Positions 18,764-28,508 of a DNA stretch of 64,000 nucleotides are shown piece after piece (within the stretch, counting starts at the first letter, position 1; every line of letters starts with the position of its first letter). A program made the position numbers and the translations under genes. The DNA is from Patescibacteria group bacterium. GTDB taxonomy: Bacteria; Patescibacteriota; JAHJAL01. The notes beneath the pieces are model-generated. The model was not told the DNA's origin, did not search any database, and saw nothing but the letters and a program-made list of their open reading frames with translations. The stretch covers positions 520 through 64,519 of the forward strand of contig JBMORM010000025.1 of NCBI GenBank assembly GCA_049322675.1, written 5' to 3'.

Positions 18764-19138
18764 AGCGATATTTACTATTTTCATCATCACAAAGATAGTA
18801 ACGGAAGCAACAATCAGAAAACGACCGGCGTAGGTAAGTTGTTTACTGTCTTTGATCATATTATGGTTTCGGCGATAGATAAAGACAGCATATATGATTT
18901 GAAATAGACCGATTGTTGCCAAGATGTAGGTTTGGATATTTAGACTGGTAGTAACAATATCTAGGCTATTGCTACACATTTCTAGTTCATAGAAATTTCC
19001 GGGATTGTAAAAGTAATTGAGTGCATCTTCTTGATTCCACTTGGCACATGAATTTAGTAGGATGACGGTGATTATAAGGGTTAGGATACCTATGCAGATA
19101 ATGTAAATAATGTTTTTTATAAGATGACGGTTGATCAT
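18758..19138 (-). CDS. hypothetical membrane protein (three TM)
   Basis: ORF directly downstream of tRNA-Leu with three hydrophobic segments. Confidence 0.6.
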   Translation of the reverse strand: MINRHLIKNIIYIICIGILTLIITVILLNSCAKWNQEDALNYFYNPGNFYELEMCSNSLDIVTTSLNIQTYILATIGLFQIIYAVFIYRRNHNMIKDSKQLTYAGRFLIVASVTIFVMMKIVNIAL

Positions 19139-19157
19139 TGTTTGATTAGTTTGAAAG

Positions 19158-19241
19158 TGGGCAAGGAGGGAATCGAACCCTCATGGAGGTAGCTCCATAC
19201 GATTTTGAGTCGTACGCGTCTGCCAGTTCCGCCACTCGCCC
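19158..19241 (-). tRNA. tRNA-Leu (CAA)
   Basis: Reverse complement gggcgag...tacga-ctCAAaa-tcgta, long variable arm, ggttcgattcc, cttgccc-A. Confidence 0.95.
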
Positions 19242-19270
19242 AAATGAAATTAGTATTTTTGGTTATTTTT

Positions 19271-19299
19271 ATTATATTTTTAAGATAGTTGATTGTCAA
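19271..19299 (-). promoter_or_regulatory. sigma70 promoter for tRNA-Leu
   Basis: Perfect TTGACA-17-TATAAT on the minus strand (tgtcaa 19294-19299, attata 19271-19276). Confidence 0.8.
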
Positions 19300-19306
19300 T
19301 TGATTA

Positions 19307-19335
19307 TTGACAAATATTATTAAATATTATACAGT
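19307..19335 (+). promoter_or_regulatory. sigma70 promoter for the sortase gene
   Basis: TTGACA-17-TACAGT. Confidence 0.55.
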
Positions 19336-19375
19336 AATGACAGTTTATATTTTAGAGGTTCGGTGTTCTTTCTTG

Positions 19376-20083
19376 ATGAAAAATATAGTAATAAAAATTG
19401 TGAATGGAGTAGTTGTTGCAATAACTGGTTTTATGGTTGTTTTTGGTGCGGTGGTAGTTGCATTAAATTGGCCTTCTTTTTGGCAACGGTTGAGTGTTGT
19501 CAATATCGATGAACAAAAAGTGGAAGCCAAGGAAGTGAAAAATGAAGAAAAAAACATTAAAACATATGATGGGGAGATAAATAGTCAGTATGTATTGTTT
19601 CCTCAGTTTTTTGTTTCAAAAGTAGATCTTGATTTGGAGAATAAATATGGAAGTGAAATGTCGGAGGAAAGTATATTGATACCAAAATTGGGTATAAGTT
19701 CTCCGATAAAATATTTGAATACTTTGGATGATTCGGTGATGAAATTGACTCTAAAAGAGGGAGTTGTGCATTATCCTGATACTGCGATGCCTGGAGAAAA
19801 AGGTAATGTTTTTATTTTTGGTCATAGTTCATACTATTGGTGGGATTGGTCTGAATATAATTCAATCTTTGCAAATTTGGAAATGATTGGCATTGGTGAT
19901 GAAATTATTGTTAAATCTCAGGGAAGATTGTTGGTTTATCGAGTGAAAAATACAAAAGTAGTTGAAAGTAATGATTTGAGTGTTTTGGAACAAGGAACAG
20001 GATATAATTTGACTTTGATGACTTGCACGCCTTTGGGAACCGATCTAAGAAGATTTATTGTTGAATCGGAATTAGTTAATTAG
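19376..20083 (+). CDS. sortase
   Basis: N-terminal TM; GN.FIFGHS; F.NL; LTLMTCTP..R catalytic His/Cys/Arg. Confidence 0.92.
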   Translation: MKNIVIKIVNGVVVAITGFMVVFGAVVVALNWPSFWQRLSVVNIDEQKVEAKEVKNEEKNIKTYDGEINSQYVLFPQFFVSKVDLDLENKYGSEMSEESILIPKLGISSPIKYLNTLDDSVMKLTLKEGVVHYPDTAMPGEKGNVFIFGHSSYYWWDWSEYNSIFANLEMIGIGDEIIVKSQGRLLVYRVKNTKVVESNDLSVLEQGTGYNLTLMTCTPLGTDLRRFIVESELVN

Positions 20084-21404
20084 AATTTTTTAGATTTATT
20101 TTTATTAACAAATCCTGATCAAATTGTTTTTCAATGGTCAGGATTTTTTCTTGATATTTATTGATAATGATAAAATTGTATTGTTTTTCATTTTTTATAA
20201 TAGTTTTATTGTTTTCTCCGCTTAAATCAATGCTTTGAATAGTATTGTCTGTGGCATATATAATATTTCCGTTGTTTTTCCAGATGGCGCCATTGATTTT
20301 ACTGCTCAACCTCAATAGTGTATTAGTGTTCATGTTGTTGTCGACGATAACTATTTCATTATCGTTGAGGAAAAGTGTGTTTTGTTGATCAGGAGAAATT
20401 TCGTAGTTGGATACATTGGTGTTAAGAGAATTGAGACGAGAAGAATAGATTTCGTATATGTAAGAAATATTGTTTGAATTGAGTAATAGCCAATTTTTTT
20501 CTGGTATGAGAAAAAAAGAAGTAATGTTTTGATCAAACTTTAGGTTGGTTTTGTTTTTAAATAGTAGGTTATACGCAATGATCGTGTTGGAATTGTTGTT
20601 TTCTTGATAATAAATATGATTATTAAGGATTATGGGATTGAAGATATTCTCTAAAAATAAGGTTGGGGTAATATTGGAATTTGAATTGATGTTTGTCTTG
20701 AAAAGATTATTTTGCAAAAGAAAGTAAATATTTTCATTGGTTATGTTGTCTATTCCAATTAGTTGATTTGGCTTAAGATCTATGTCGAGACTGATATTTG
20801 CTAGATTGCCGTTGTATATATTTAAGATTTGGATATTGGTTTTATCTTCTAGTGGGTTTATGATTGCAATAATGTTTTTATTGAGCCATTTTATTTGGAT
20901 GTTAGGGTTAATTTGCACTTGAGGGAAAAATTGGACTTGATCAGATTCTTTGGTGACGATATACAATTTTTCGGCGTTAACATAGGCAATATTTGATTGG
21001 TTTATTGTTGCTTGATTAATGTAAGCAATTTCTTGAATTGATGGATTGATTGGGATAAATAATATGTTGTTTTCATTGTGGATTTTTCCGGCTTGAATAT
21101 CTATTTGTTTGTTCCAATTTTGGTAATTTGCACATTTGATTTCGACAAGATATTTATTGGGAATTAGATTGGGTATTTCGATTGTTTTTTGGTTTTTCTT
21201 TTGGTTGACTAGATTTCCGTCGAGATAGATTGAACAATTTTTCTCGATAGGATTGAGACGGATAATTCCGGTTTTGATTATTTGATGTTTATTGAAATCA
21301 TATCGATAACCTAGGGAGTATGACAATATAAGGGTGCCAAAAATCAGAAAAAATAAAATTAGACAAATATAAAATAAAAGAATTTGATAAAAGTTGTGTT
21401 TCAT
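20076..21404 (-). CDS. membrane-anchored PEGA-domain protein with a probable beta-propeller-like C-terminus
   Basis: TM, then GYR.D....IIKTG.I...IYLDG..NLIP..Y.VEI....YQ.W.K (PEGA); repeated beta-strand motifs. Confidence 0.7.
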   Translation of the reverse strand: MKHNFYQILLFYICLILFFLIFGTLILSYSLGYRYDFNKHQIIKTGIIRLNPIEKNCSIYLDGNLVNQKKNQKTIEIPNLIPNKYLVEIKCANYQNWNKQIDIQAGKIHNENNILFIPINPSIQEIAYINQATINQSNIAYVNAEKLYIVTKESDQVQFFPQVQINPNIQIKWLNKNIIAIINPLEDKTNIQILNIYNGNLANISLDIDLKPNQLIGIDNITNENIYFLLQNNLFKTNINSNSNITPTLFLENIFNPIILNNHIYYQENNNSNTIIAYNLLFKNKTNLKFDQNITSFFLIPEKNWLLLNSNNISYIYEIYSSRLNSLNTNVSNYEISPDQQNTLFLNDNEIVIVDNNMNTNTLLRLSSKINGAIWKNNGNIIYATDNTIQSIDLSGENNKTIIKNEKQYNFIIINKYQEKILTIEKQFDQDLLIKINLKNSN

Positions 21405-21433
21405 AATTATAATTGTCTTATAAAGGAGGAGAG

Positions 21434-23287
21434 TTGAAGGATATTATTTTTCGAAAGGGTGGGTATCCTGGTAAGTCTATGGTATATTTTTTATCAAGAT
21501 TTGCCAAGCAGGCTTACGTAGCTGATTTTTCGGTGTTTTTTTTGTATGCCATTGTGGTGATTTTGGTGACTTGGCCGTTGATTATAAATATGAAAACAAC
21601 GATACCTGGCTTGGGAAATGATGGAGGTGACGGTTTTATTTTTTTATGGAATTTGTGGTGGGTGAAGAAACAATTTTTATTGGCGGGGGATTTCTTTTTT
21701 ACTAAATACATATATTATCCATTGGGAGTTAATCTTGTTTTTCATACTTTGACTTTGGGACAAAGTCTGTTGGGTGCGGTTGTTGGATTGATCTTTTCTC
21801 CTGTTCAGATTTTGAATGGTATTTTTTTGTTTTTCATGTGGTTGTCGGCGGTGTTTGGATATCTTCTAGCGAGGGATCTGTGGAAAAATCGTTTTGTAGC
21901 CTTATTTTCCGGTTTAATTTTTGCTTTTAGCCCATATTTATTATCGCAAGCTCGTGGTCATTTTAATTTGACGGCGATTTGGCCTTTTCCGGCTTTGACT
22001 TGGTTATGGTTGAAGGCGTTTCGAAGAAATAATTTGTTGTATTCAATTTTAACAGGATTAATTTTGGCGTTTTTGTGTTTGAATGATTGGCAATATTTTG
22101 TGTTTGGTTTGATTTTGTTTTTCTTTTTGTTGCTATATGCTTTTACTGATGAAGGAGGAAAAAGTTGGAAAAAATTCATTCTTTGGATGATCAGCGCGGC
22201 GGTGGCGGCTTTAATATTTGTTCCTTTTCTGATTAAGTCATTTTTGGTGGCTGATGGTTATTTGCCGAAAGCGTTGTTATCGGAAGTGACTTATTGGTCG
22301 GCGGATATAATCAGTTTTTTTATTCCGAGCAATATTAATACTTTTTTTGGAGAAATAGGAAACTATTTTGGTAATAAATATTATGGCGTGGGGATTGAGA
22401 GTCAATTATATTTGGGCTGGATTGTGATTGGTTTTTTTCTTTTGTCATTTTTCTTAAAAAAAGAAAAGAAAGATCGTCCAATATATTTTTGGCAGGTGAT
22501 GACGATTATTTTTGCTTTATTGGCTTTGGGACCTTTATTGAAAGTGTTTGGAAAAACTCAGTTTATTTTAAATGATACGGAATTTACTGTAGCTTTGCCT
22601 TATGTGTTGTTGTATAAGGTCCCTTTTTTGGATACTGCTAGGGTACCGTCGAGGTTTGTTGTTTTATTGATGATGTGTTTGGCGGTAGTTTTTGCTTGGG
22701 TGGTTAAGAAAATAATTGAATTGATATGGTTGAGTGTGAATTTTCCAAAATATCTTAGAGGGGGTTTGATTGTGTTGTTTGTGTTGATTGTGAGTGGATT
22801 TTTGTTTTTGGAATATTCTTCTTGGCCAATGATTTTTCAGAGAATTTATATTCCTGAGATTTATAAAGAAATAAAAAATGATCCAGACGAATTTACTGTT
22901 TTGGAATTGCCGCTATGGTGGGCTAGTGGTCATAGAGCGGTGGGGGATCAGAAGACAATTATTCAATATTGGCAAACGTATCATGAAAAGAGGATTTTGA
23001 ATGGTTCAGTTTCTAGGGTGCCGGATGCGGTTTTTGATTATTATCTTGAGAAGCCAGGAATAAAATATCTTATTGATGTTGAAAATAATATTTTGGAAAA
23101 TAGAGACAAAGATAAATTATTAGTGGAGAAAACTTGGGTTGACGATTTGGGTGTAAAATATATTGTTGTTCATAAAAAATATTATACTGATGATAATTAT
23201 TATGCAGTAAGGGCCTATTTGGAAAATGTTTTGGGTTATAAAGTATGGTACGAAGATCAGGGAGAATTGGGTTACAAGATAGTATAA
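21434..23287 (+). CDS. polytopic membrane protein, probable GT-C glycosyltransferase (YfhO-like)
   Basis: SD aaggagg plus TTG; D..FLWNLWW, YYPLG.NL, FAFSPY, YLG and RVPSRF; soluble C-terminal domain. Confidence 0.7.
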   Translation: MKDIIFRKGGYPGKSMVYFLSRFAKQAYVADFSVFFLYAIVVILVTWPLIINMKTTIPGLGNDGGDGFIFLWNLWWVKKQFLLAGDFFFTKYIYYPLGVNLVFHTLTLGQSLLGAVVGLIFSPVQILNGIFLFFMWLSAVFGYLLARDLWKNRFVALFSGLIFAFSPYLLSQARGHFNLTAIWPFPALTWLWLKAFRRNNLLYSILTGLILAFLCLNDWQYFVFGLILFFFLLLYAFTDEGGKSWKKFILWMISAAVAALIFVPFLIKSFLVADGYLPKALLSEVTYWSADIISFFIPSNINTFFGEIGNYFGNKYYGVGIESQLYLGWIVIGFFLLSFFLKKEKKDRPIYFWQVMTIIFALLALGPLLKVFGKTQFILNDTEFTVALPYVLLYKVPFLDTARVPSRFVVLLMMCLAVVFAWVVKKIIELIWLSVNFPKYLRGGLIVLFVLIVSGFLFLEYSSWPMIFQRIYIPEIYKEIKNDPDEFTVLELPLWWASGHRAVGDQKTIIQYWQTYHEKRILNGSVSRVPDAVFDYYLEKPGIKYLIDVENNILENRDKDKLLVEKTWVDDLGVKYIVVHKKYYTDDNYYAVRAYLENVLGYKVWYEDQGELGYKIV

Positions 23288-23301
23288 AAAAAGGAGTAAA
23301 A

Positions 23302-24690
23302 ATGTATCGAGAATTGGAATTTCGAGAGATAATGCGTGATGGAAGGGTGGAGCATGAAGAAATAATTGAAGACAATCAAGAAGTAGTGATTGCAGATATT
23401 CAGGAGAGAGTTGATTTTTTGTCTGGTGATAGAAAGATGAAGATCTTGATAGTCGAGGACAATGAGGAATGTGATTTAAAGATTATTAAGTATAATTTGA
23501 CAAATGTATTGAGTATGGATCGGGTGGAAATGAGACATTGTGTCAACTATCAACAGTTTTCTCGATTGGAGGACAAAGAGGTTGATGTGGCTATTGTCGA
23601 TTTGAAATTATCGGAGGACGGTGATGAATACGAAGGAATGAGGGTTGTGCATGATTTAAATATGTTTTGTCCTAGTTGTCAGGTAGTGATTTTGAGTAGT
23701 CATTTGAATGATCGAATTGAGTTGGAAAGGGCGTGTGGGTTGGATGTTAGGTGTTTTCAAGTATTAGGAAAGGGGAATGATTGGCGTAAGTTGCCGAAGG
23801 TGGTGTTGGATGGTTTTTGTTTGTCGATACAAGAAAAATTTTGTCAGGAAAGAAAAAAAATACTAGAGGAGAAAGAAAAAGCAGAGTTGGAGCGCAATTT
23901 TTTGGCGGAAAAATTGAATCAAAATATACTTACACGTTCTATTGCTGCTGGTTTGATTCATGATTTGAAGGGTCCGGTTACCGGGATCGGAGGGTATGGA
24001 GATTTGTTGAAGGAAGAGTTGGAATCTGGGTTTCGAGATAGGGAAAAAAATTTGCAATTGCTAATGGAGAAAAAAATTGCTTTGGATGATTATTTTTTGT
24101 TCGAGAAGGAACAGATTAAGACTTGCAAGGAAAATATTGATGATTTATTTTTTGATTATAGAAAAAGCTTGGATGAATTGAAAAGAAGGTTTGATATTGG
24201 CATGGACTATCATCGTCCCAAAAACGAAAGTGTGGTTTTGTTGGGAGATACGGTGAAAAGAATGCTTGATTTTTTGTGTAAAACAAATAAGGTATCGTAT
24301 GAATTAAAAATAAATGAAGATTGTTTTTTAATGATTTGTGGAGATGATTTGAGAATGATTGTGGAAAATGCGGTATGTAATTCAATCCAATCAATGATAG
24401 AAAAAAGAGGTATCAGTTTGTCTAATGTGGTAAAAGTTAATATATTGAATAATGAGGAGAGTGTTTTAATGGAAATTGAAGACAATGGAGTAGGTTTGCC
24501 GGATTACAAAATGGATAAGTTGTTTTCCGGCGGTATTACGACTAAAAAGAACGGGAGTGGTTTGGGATTGATGACTATAAATAGGATTTTAAAATATTAT
24601 AGTGCCACGATGCATTTGGAAGATATCGCCGGGGGTGGAGCCAGGATGACAATATGGTTTCCAAAACAAGTAAATTCGAAAAATGAGTGA
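23302..24690 (+). CDS. hybrid receiver domain-histidine kinase
   Basis: KILIVEDN..IVDLKL REC; HDLKGP H-box; N box, DNGVG and TTK..GSGLGL. Confidence 0.85.
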   Translation: MYRELEFREIMRDGRVEHEEIIEDNQEVVIADIQERVDFLSGDRKMKILIVEDNEECDLKIIKYNLTNVLSMDRVEMRHCVNYQQFSRLEDKEVDVAIVDLKLSEDGDEYEGMRVVHDLNMFCPSCQVVILSSHLNDRIELERACGLDVRCFQVLGKGNDWRKLPKVVLDGFCLSIQEKFCQERKKILEEKEKAELERNFLAEKLNQNILTRSIAAGLIHDLKGPVTGIGGYGDLLKEELESGFRDREKNLQLLMEKKIALDDYFLFEKEQIKTCKENIDDLFFDYRKSLDELKRRFDIGMDYHRPKNESVVLLGDTVKRMLDFLCKTNKVSYELKINEDCFLMICGDDLRMIVENAVCNSIQSMIEKRGISLSNVVKVNILNNEESVLMEIEDNGVGLPDYKMDKLFSGGITTKKNGSGLGLMTINRILKYYSATMHLEDIAGGGARMTIWFPKQVNSKNE

Positions 24691-26698
24691 AAACCAAGAT
24701 ATAGAAAAAAGAATAAAGAAATTGAAAGAAACGATAAATTATCATCGTTATCTTTATCATGTTTTGGATAGACAAGAAATTTCTGAAGCAGCGTTGGATA
24801 GTTTGAAACACGAATTGTATTTGCTTGAACAGGATTATCCGGAATATGTTACTAAGGATTCACCCACTCAGAGAGTGGAAGGAAAGGTGTTGGACAAATT
24901 TGATAAAATTGAACATAAAAAGAGAATGATTTCTTTGAATGATATTTTTAGTTTTGATGAATTGGAGGAATGGGAGAAGAGAATTACTAAGTTAGTAAAG
25001 AATTTCAAGAAAAAGTATTATGTAGAAATAAAAATGGACGGTTTGGCAATTAGTTTGATTTACCGTAATGGTTTGTTGTTTAGAGGAGTAACCAGAGGGG
25101 ATGGAAAAATTGGTGAAGATGTGACCAATAATATTCGAACAATTGAGAGTATTCCTTTGGTATTGGATTTGTCTGATTTGGATGATCAGGCAAAATTGTT
25201 GGCAAGTGGCGAAATTGAGGTAAGGGGTGAAGTATATATGATGAAAGAGGAATTTGAGAGTTTGAATGCGAGACAAAAAGAAAAGGGTTTGCCATTGTAT
25301 GCCAATCCAAGAAATATTGCTGCTGGTTCGATTAGACAACTTGATCCGAAAGTTGCCGCCAAGAGGAAGTTAAAATTTATGGGGTATGATTTGGTAACGG
25401 ATTTGGGACAAAAAAATCATAGTGAGGCTCACGAGATATTGGTAAAGCTTGGTTTCCCTTCAAATAAGTATAACAAGCTATGTTTGGGATTAAATGAGGT
25501 GGAAAAGCAATATCAAAAAATTTTTGATTTGAGAAATAATCTTCCATATCAGATAGACGGAATGGTAGTGGTGGTAGATGAGTTGAGTTTTTGGTCAAAA
25601 TTGGGGATTGTTGGTAAAGCGCCTAGATATATGATTGCTTATAAATTTCCGGCCGAACAGTCGACAACCAAATTATTGAATATTGAAGTTCAGGTGGGAA
25701 GAACAGGGGCGATGACGCCAGTGGCGATTTTGGAACCGGTTAATGTAGCTGGTTCGGTGGTGAGTCGGGCAACTCTTCACAATGAAGAGGAAATACATAG
25801 AAAGGATATTCGGATAGGGGATACAGTTGTAGTGCAAAAGGCGGGAGATGTGATCCCGGAAATTGTTGAGTCGATAAAAACCATGCGTTTGGGATTGGAA
25901 AAAAAGTATATTTTGCCAGATATTTGTCCGGTGTGTGGAACAAAAGTGATAAAAAGCGATAAGGATACTATTGTCAGATGTGGTAACAAAAATTGTTTTG
26001 CTCAAGTTAGTCGCAGTATTAAACACTTTGTAGGTAAGGAGGCATTTGATGTTGCCGGGGTTGGTCCAAAGATTATTGATAAGTTGTTGGATGAAGGCTT
26101 GATTGCGGATGCGGCGGATTTGTTTTTTTTGACAGAGGGAGATTTGAAACCGTTGGAGAGAATGGCGGAAAAATCTGCCAAAAATATTGTTGCTTCGATT
26201 CAAAGTAGAAAAGAAATTGGACTTGATCGTTTGATTTTTGCTTTGGGTATTAGGCACGTTGGATTGCAAACATCGTATGATTTGGCACTGAAATATGGCT
26301 CTTTATCCAGATTATTTGCGATTGAGTTTGAAGAGTTGATGGGATTGGAGAATATTGGTGAAGTGGTGGCGAGATCGATTTATGAATATTTTCATGATCC
26401 AAAAAATAAGATCTTTATTGATAAGTTATTGAACTCGGGGATAAAATATCGCAGAATAAAAAATGAGGGTGGTTTGAATAACAAAACTTTTTTGATAACA
26501 GGTAGCTTGGAGGCAATGTCACGTGCACAAGCTTCCGAGTTGATTAGAAAGAATGGAGGACGGGTTATTTCATCAGTGGCGAAAGATTTGGATTTTTTGG
26601 TGGTAGGAGATAAACCCGGGTCAAAATTGGAAAAGGCCAAGAATTTGGGAGTAAAATTTTTGACTGAGGTGGATTTTTTGAAGTTGTTGAAAATATAA
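24683..26698 (+). CDS. ligA: NAD-dependent DNA ligase
   Basis: EIKMDG, TRGDG, EVRGE, zinc finger, HhH and BRCT. Confidence 0.98.
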   Translation: MSENQDIEKRIKKLKETINYHRYLYHVLDRQEISEAALDSLKHELYLLEQDYPEYVTKDSPTQRVEGKVLDKFDKIEHKKRMISLNDIFSFDELEEWEKRITKLVKNFKKKYYVEIKMDGLAISLIYRNGLLFRGVTRGDGKIGEDVTNNIRTIESIPLVLDLSDLDDQAKLLASGEIEVRGEVYMMKEEFESLNARQKEKGLPLYANPRNIAAGSIRQLDPKVAAKRKLKFMGYDLVTDLGQKNHSEAHEILVKLGFPSNKYNKLCLGLNEVEKQYQKIFDLRNNLPYQIDGMVVVVDELSFWSKLGIVGKAPRYMIAYKFPAEQSTTKLLNIEVQVGRTGAMTPVAILEPVNVAGSVVSRATLHNEEEIHRKDIRIGDTVVVQKAGDVIPEIVESIKTMRLGLEKKYILPDICPVCGTKVIKSDKDTIVRCGNKNCFAQVSRSIKHFVGKEAFDVAGVGPKIIDKLLDEGLIADAADLFFLTEGDLKPLERMAEKSAKNIVASIQSRKEIGLDRLIFALGIRHVGLQTSYDLALKYGSLSRLFAIEFEELMGLENIGEVVARSIYEYFHDPKNKIFIDKLLNSGIKYRRIKNEGGLNNKTFLITGSLEAMSRAQASELIRKNGGRVISSVAKDLDFLVVGDKPGSKLEKAKNLGVKFLTEVDFLKLLKI

Positions 26699-26710
26699 AA
26701 ATATATTTTT

Positions 26711-27004
26711 ATGTCGCAAGAACGTATTACTATTGATGAAGTAAAGAAAGTAGCTTCTTTGTGTAAGTTATCTTTTTCTGATGAAGAATTGATTTTGTTG
26801 CAAGGTGATTTATCAAAAATATTGGATTACGTGGCAAGTCTGCAGGAATTAAATGTAAAGGAAGTTGTGCCAACTTTTACGGTTATCCTAAAGAAAAATA
26901 TTTTGGAAAATGATTGCGTGTCTCCTTCGATTAAACGAGAAGATGTATTGGTTAATGCTGCCAATAAAGATGTGGCATATATTAGAACTAAAGCTGTGTT
27001 ATAA
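26711..27004 (+). CDS. gatC: Asp/Glu-tRNA amidotransferase subunit C
   Basis: Size, VA.L.KL..ILDYV..L pattern, position before gatA. Confidence 0.85.
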   Translation: MSQERITIDEVKKVASLCKLSFSDEELILLQGDLSKILDYVASLQELNVKEVVPTFTVILKKNILENDCVSPSIKREDVLVNAANKDVAYIRTKAVL

Positions 27005-27012
27005 ATATCGGC

Positions 27013-28485
27013 ATGAAAAATAATTTTTTGGACAAGACAATAAAGGAGATTAGAACTGATTTGGAAGGCGGGGAGATTGGTTGTGGGGAATTGGTTGATT
27101 TTTTTTATAAGAAATTGGAGGAAGGTGAGAAAAAGAAAAATCTAAATGCCGTTGTCTTTACTGACAGAAAGTTGATAGAACAACGTGTAAAAATTGTAGA
27201 AAAAGAAATTAAAGAAGGAGTAAAAAAAGATTTGATTGGGATACCGGTGTTGGTTAAAGATAATATAGTTAGTAAAGAATATCCGACGACAGCGGCATCA
27301 AAAATGTTGTTTGATTATAGGTCTCCATATTCGGCGACAGTAATTGATCGTTTGGAAGATAGCGGGGCGATAATTGTGGGAAAAACAAATTTGGATGAAT
27401 TTGCCATGGGTAGTTCGGGTGAGAATTCGGTATATGGCCCGACAAAAAATCCATGGGATTTTGATAGAGTAGCCGGAGGGAGTAGTAGTGGATCAACGGT
27501 TGGGGTAGCGGCAGGTTATTGTTTGGGAGCGTATGGTTCGGATACGGGCGGATCTATCAGACAGCCGGCTAGTTTTTGCGGAGTGACTGGGTTAAAGCCT
27601 ACTTATGGTCGAGTGAGTAGATATGGATTATTGGCTTTAGGCTCTTCTCTTGATCAAATAGGTCCGATTGCCAGAAATGCGGAAGATGCGGCTTTATTGT
27701 TGAAAGTGATTGCCGGATATGACGAAAAGGATTCTACTAGTTCTCGGGAAAAGGTTGAAGAATACGATGTTGAAGTGGAAAAAAATGTAAGAGGGATGAA
27801 AATAGGTTTGGTAAAGGAATTTTTTGAACAAGTTGATGATGGATTAAAACGATTATTGGATGAGGCAGTGAAAAAATTGGTGGAGTTGGGAGTTGTGGTT
27901 GAAGAATTGTCTTTGCCAACGATGAAATATGGGTTGCCAGTTTATTATATTATTCAATCTTCTGAGTGTAGCGCAAATTTGGCACGCTATGACGGAGTAA
28001 GATATGGTGGAAGAGATTTTGAGGAGCGTGATTTGACTAGTATGGCTGATATGGTTACCAAGATTAGATCAGATGGTTTTGGCAGGGAGGTAAAGAGGAG
28101 AATTATGTTGGGTACGTATTCTTTGTCGAGCGGGTATTATGATCAGTATTTTGACAAGGCGGCTAAAGTTCGAACTTTGATAATCAATGAATTTAAAAAA
28201 GCCTTTTCTGATTTTGATTTGTTAATCGGATTGACTTCCCCGAGTGTAGCTTTTGCTATAGGGGAAAAAATGGCTGATCCGTTACAGATGTATTTGGCGG
28301 ATATTATGACGGTGCCGATAAGTTTAGCCGGTTTGCCGGCGATTTCGATACCGATTGGTTTGGAAAATAAATTACCGGTTGGGATGCAGATTATAGGAAA
28401 ATGGTTTGATGAATCGTCGGTATTAAAATTGGCAGGAAATTATCAGAAGGTAACTTCATGGCACAAAAATTTACCTTATATTTAA
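27013..28485 (+). CDS. gatA: Asp/Glu-tRNA amidotransferase subunit A
   Basis: Amidase signature GGSSSGS, GSDTGGSIRQPA and RRIMLG. Confidence 0.97.
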   Translation: MKNNFLDKTIKEIRTDLEGGEIGCGELVDFFYKKLEEGEKKKNLNAVVFTDRKLIEQRVKIVEKEIKEGVKKDLIGIPVLVKDNIVSKEYPTTAASKMLFDYRSPYSATVIDRLEDSGAIIVGKTNLDEFAMGSSGENSVYGPTKNPWDFDRVAGGSSSGSTVGVAAGYCLGAYGSDTGGSIRQPASFCGVTGLKPTYGRVSRYGLLALGSSLDQIGPIARNAEDAALLLKVIAGYDEKDSTSSREKVEEYDVEVEKNVRGMKIGLVKEFFEQVDDGLKRLLDEAVKKLVELGVVVEELSLPTMKYGLPVYYIIQSSECSANLARYDGVRYGGRDFEERDLTSMADMVTKIRSDGFGREVKRRIMLGTYSLSSGYYDQYFDKAAKVRTLIINEFKKAFSDFDLLIGLTSPSVAFAIGEKMADPLQMYLADIMTVPISLAGLPAISIPIGLENKLPVGMQIIGKWFDESSVLKLAGNYQKVTSWHKNLPYI

Positions 28486-28508
28486 TAGATTTGAAATAGA
28501 GAGGAATT

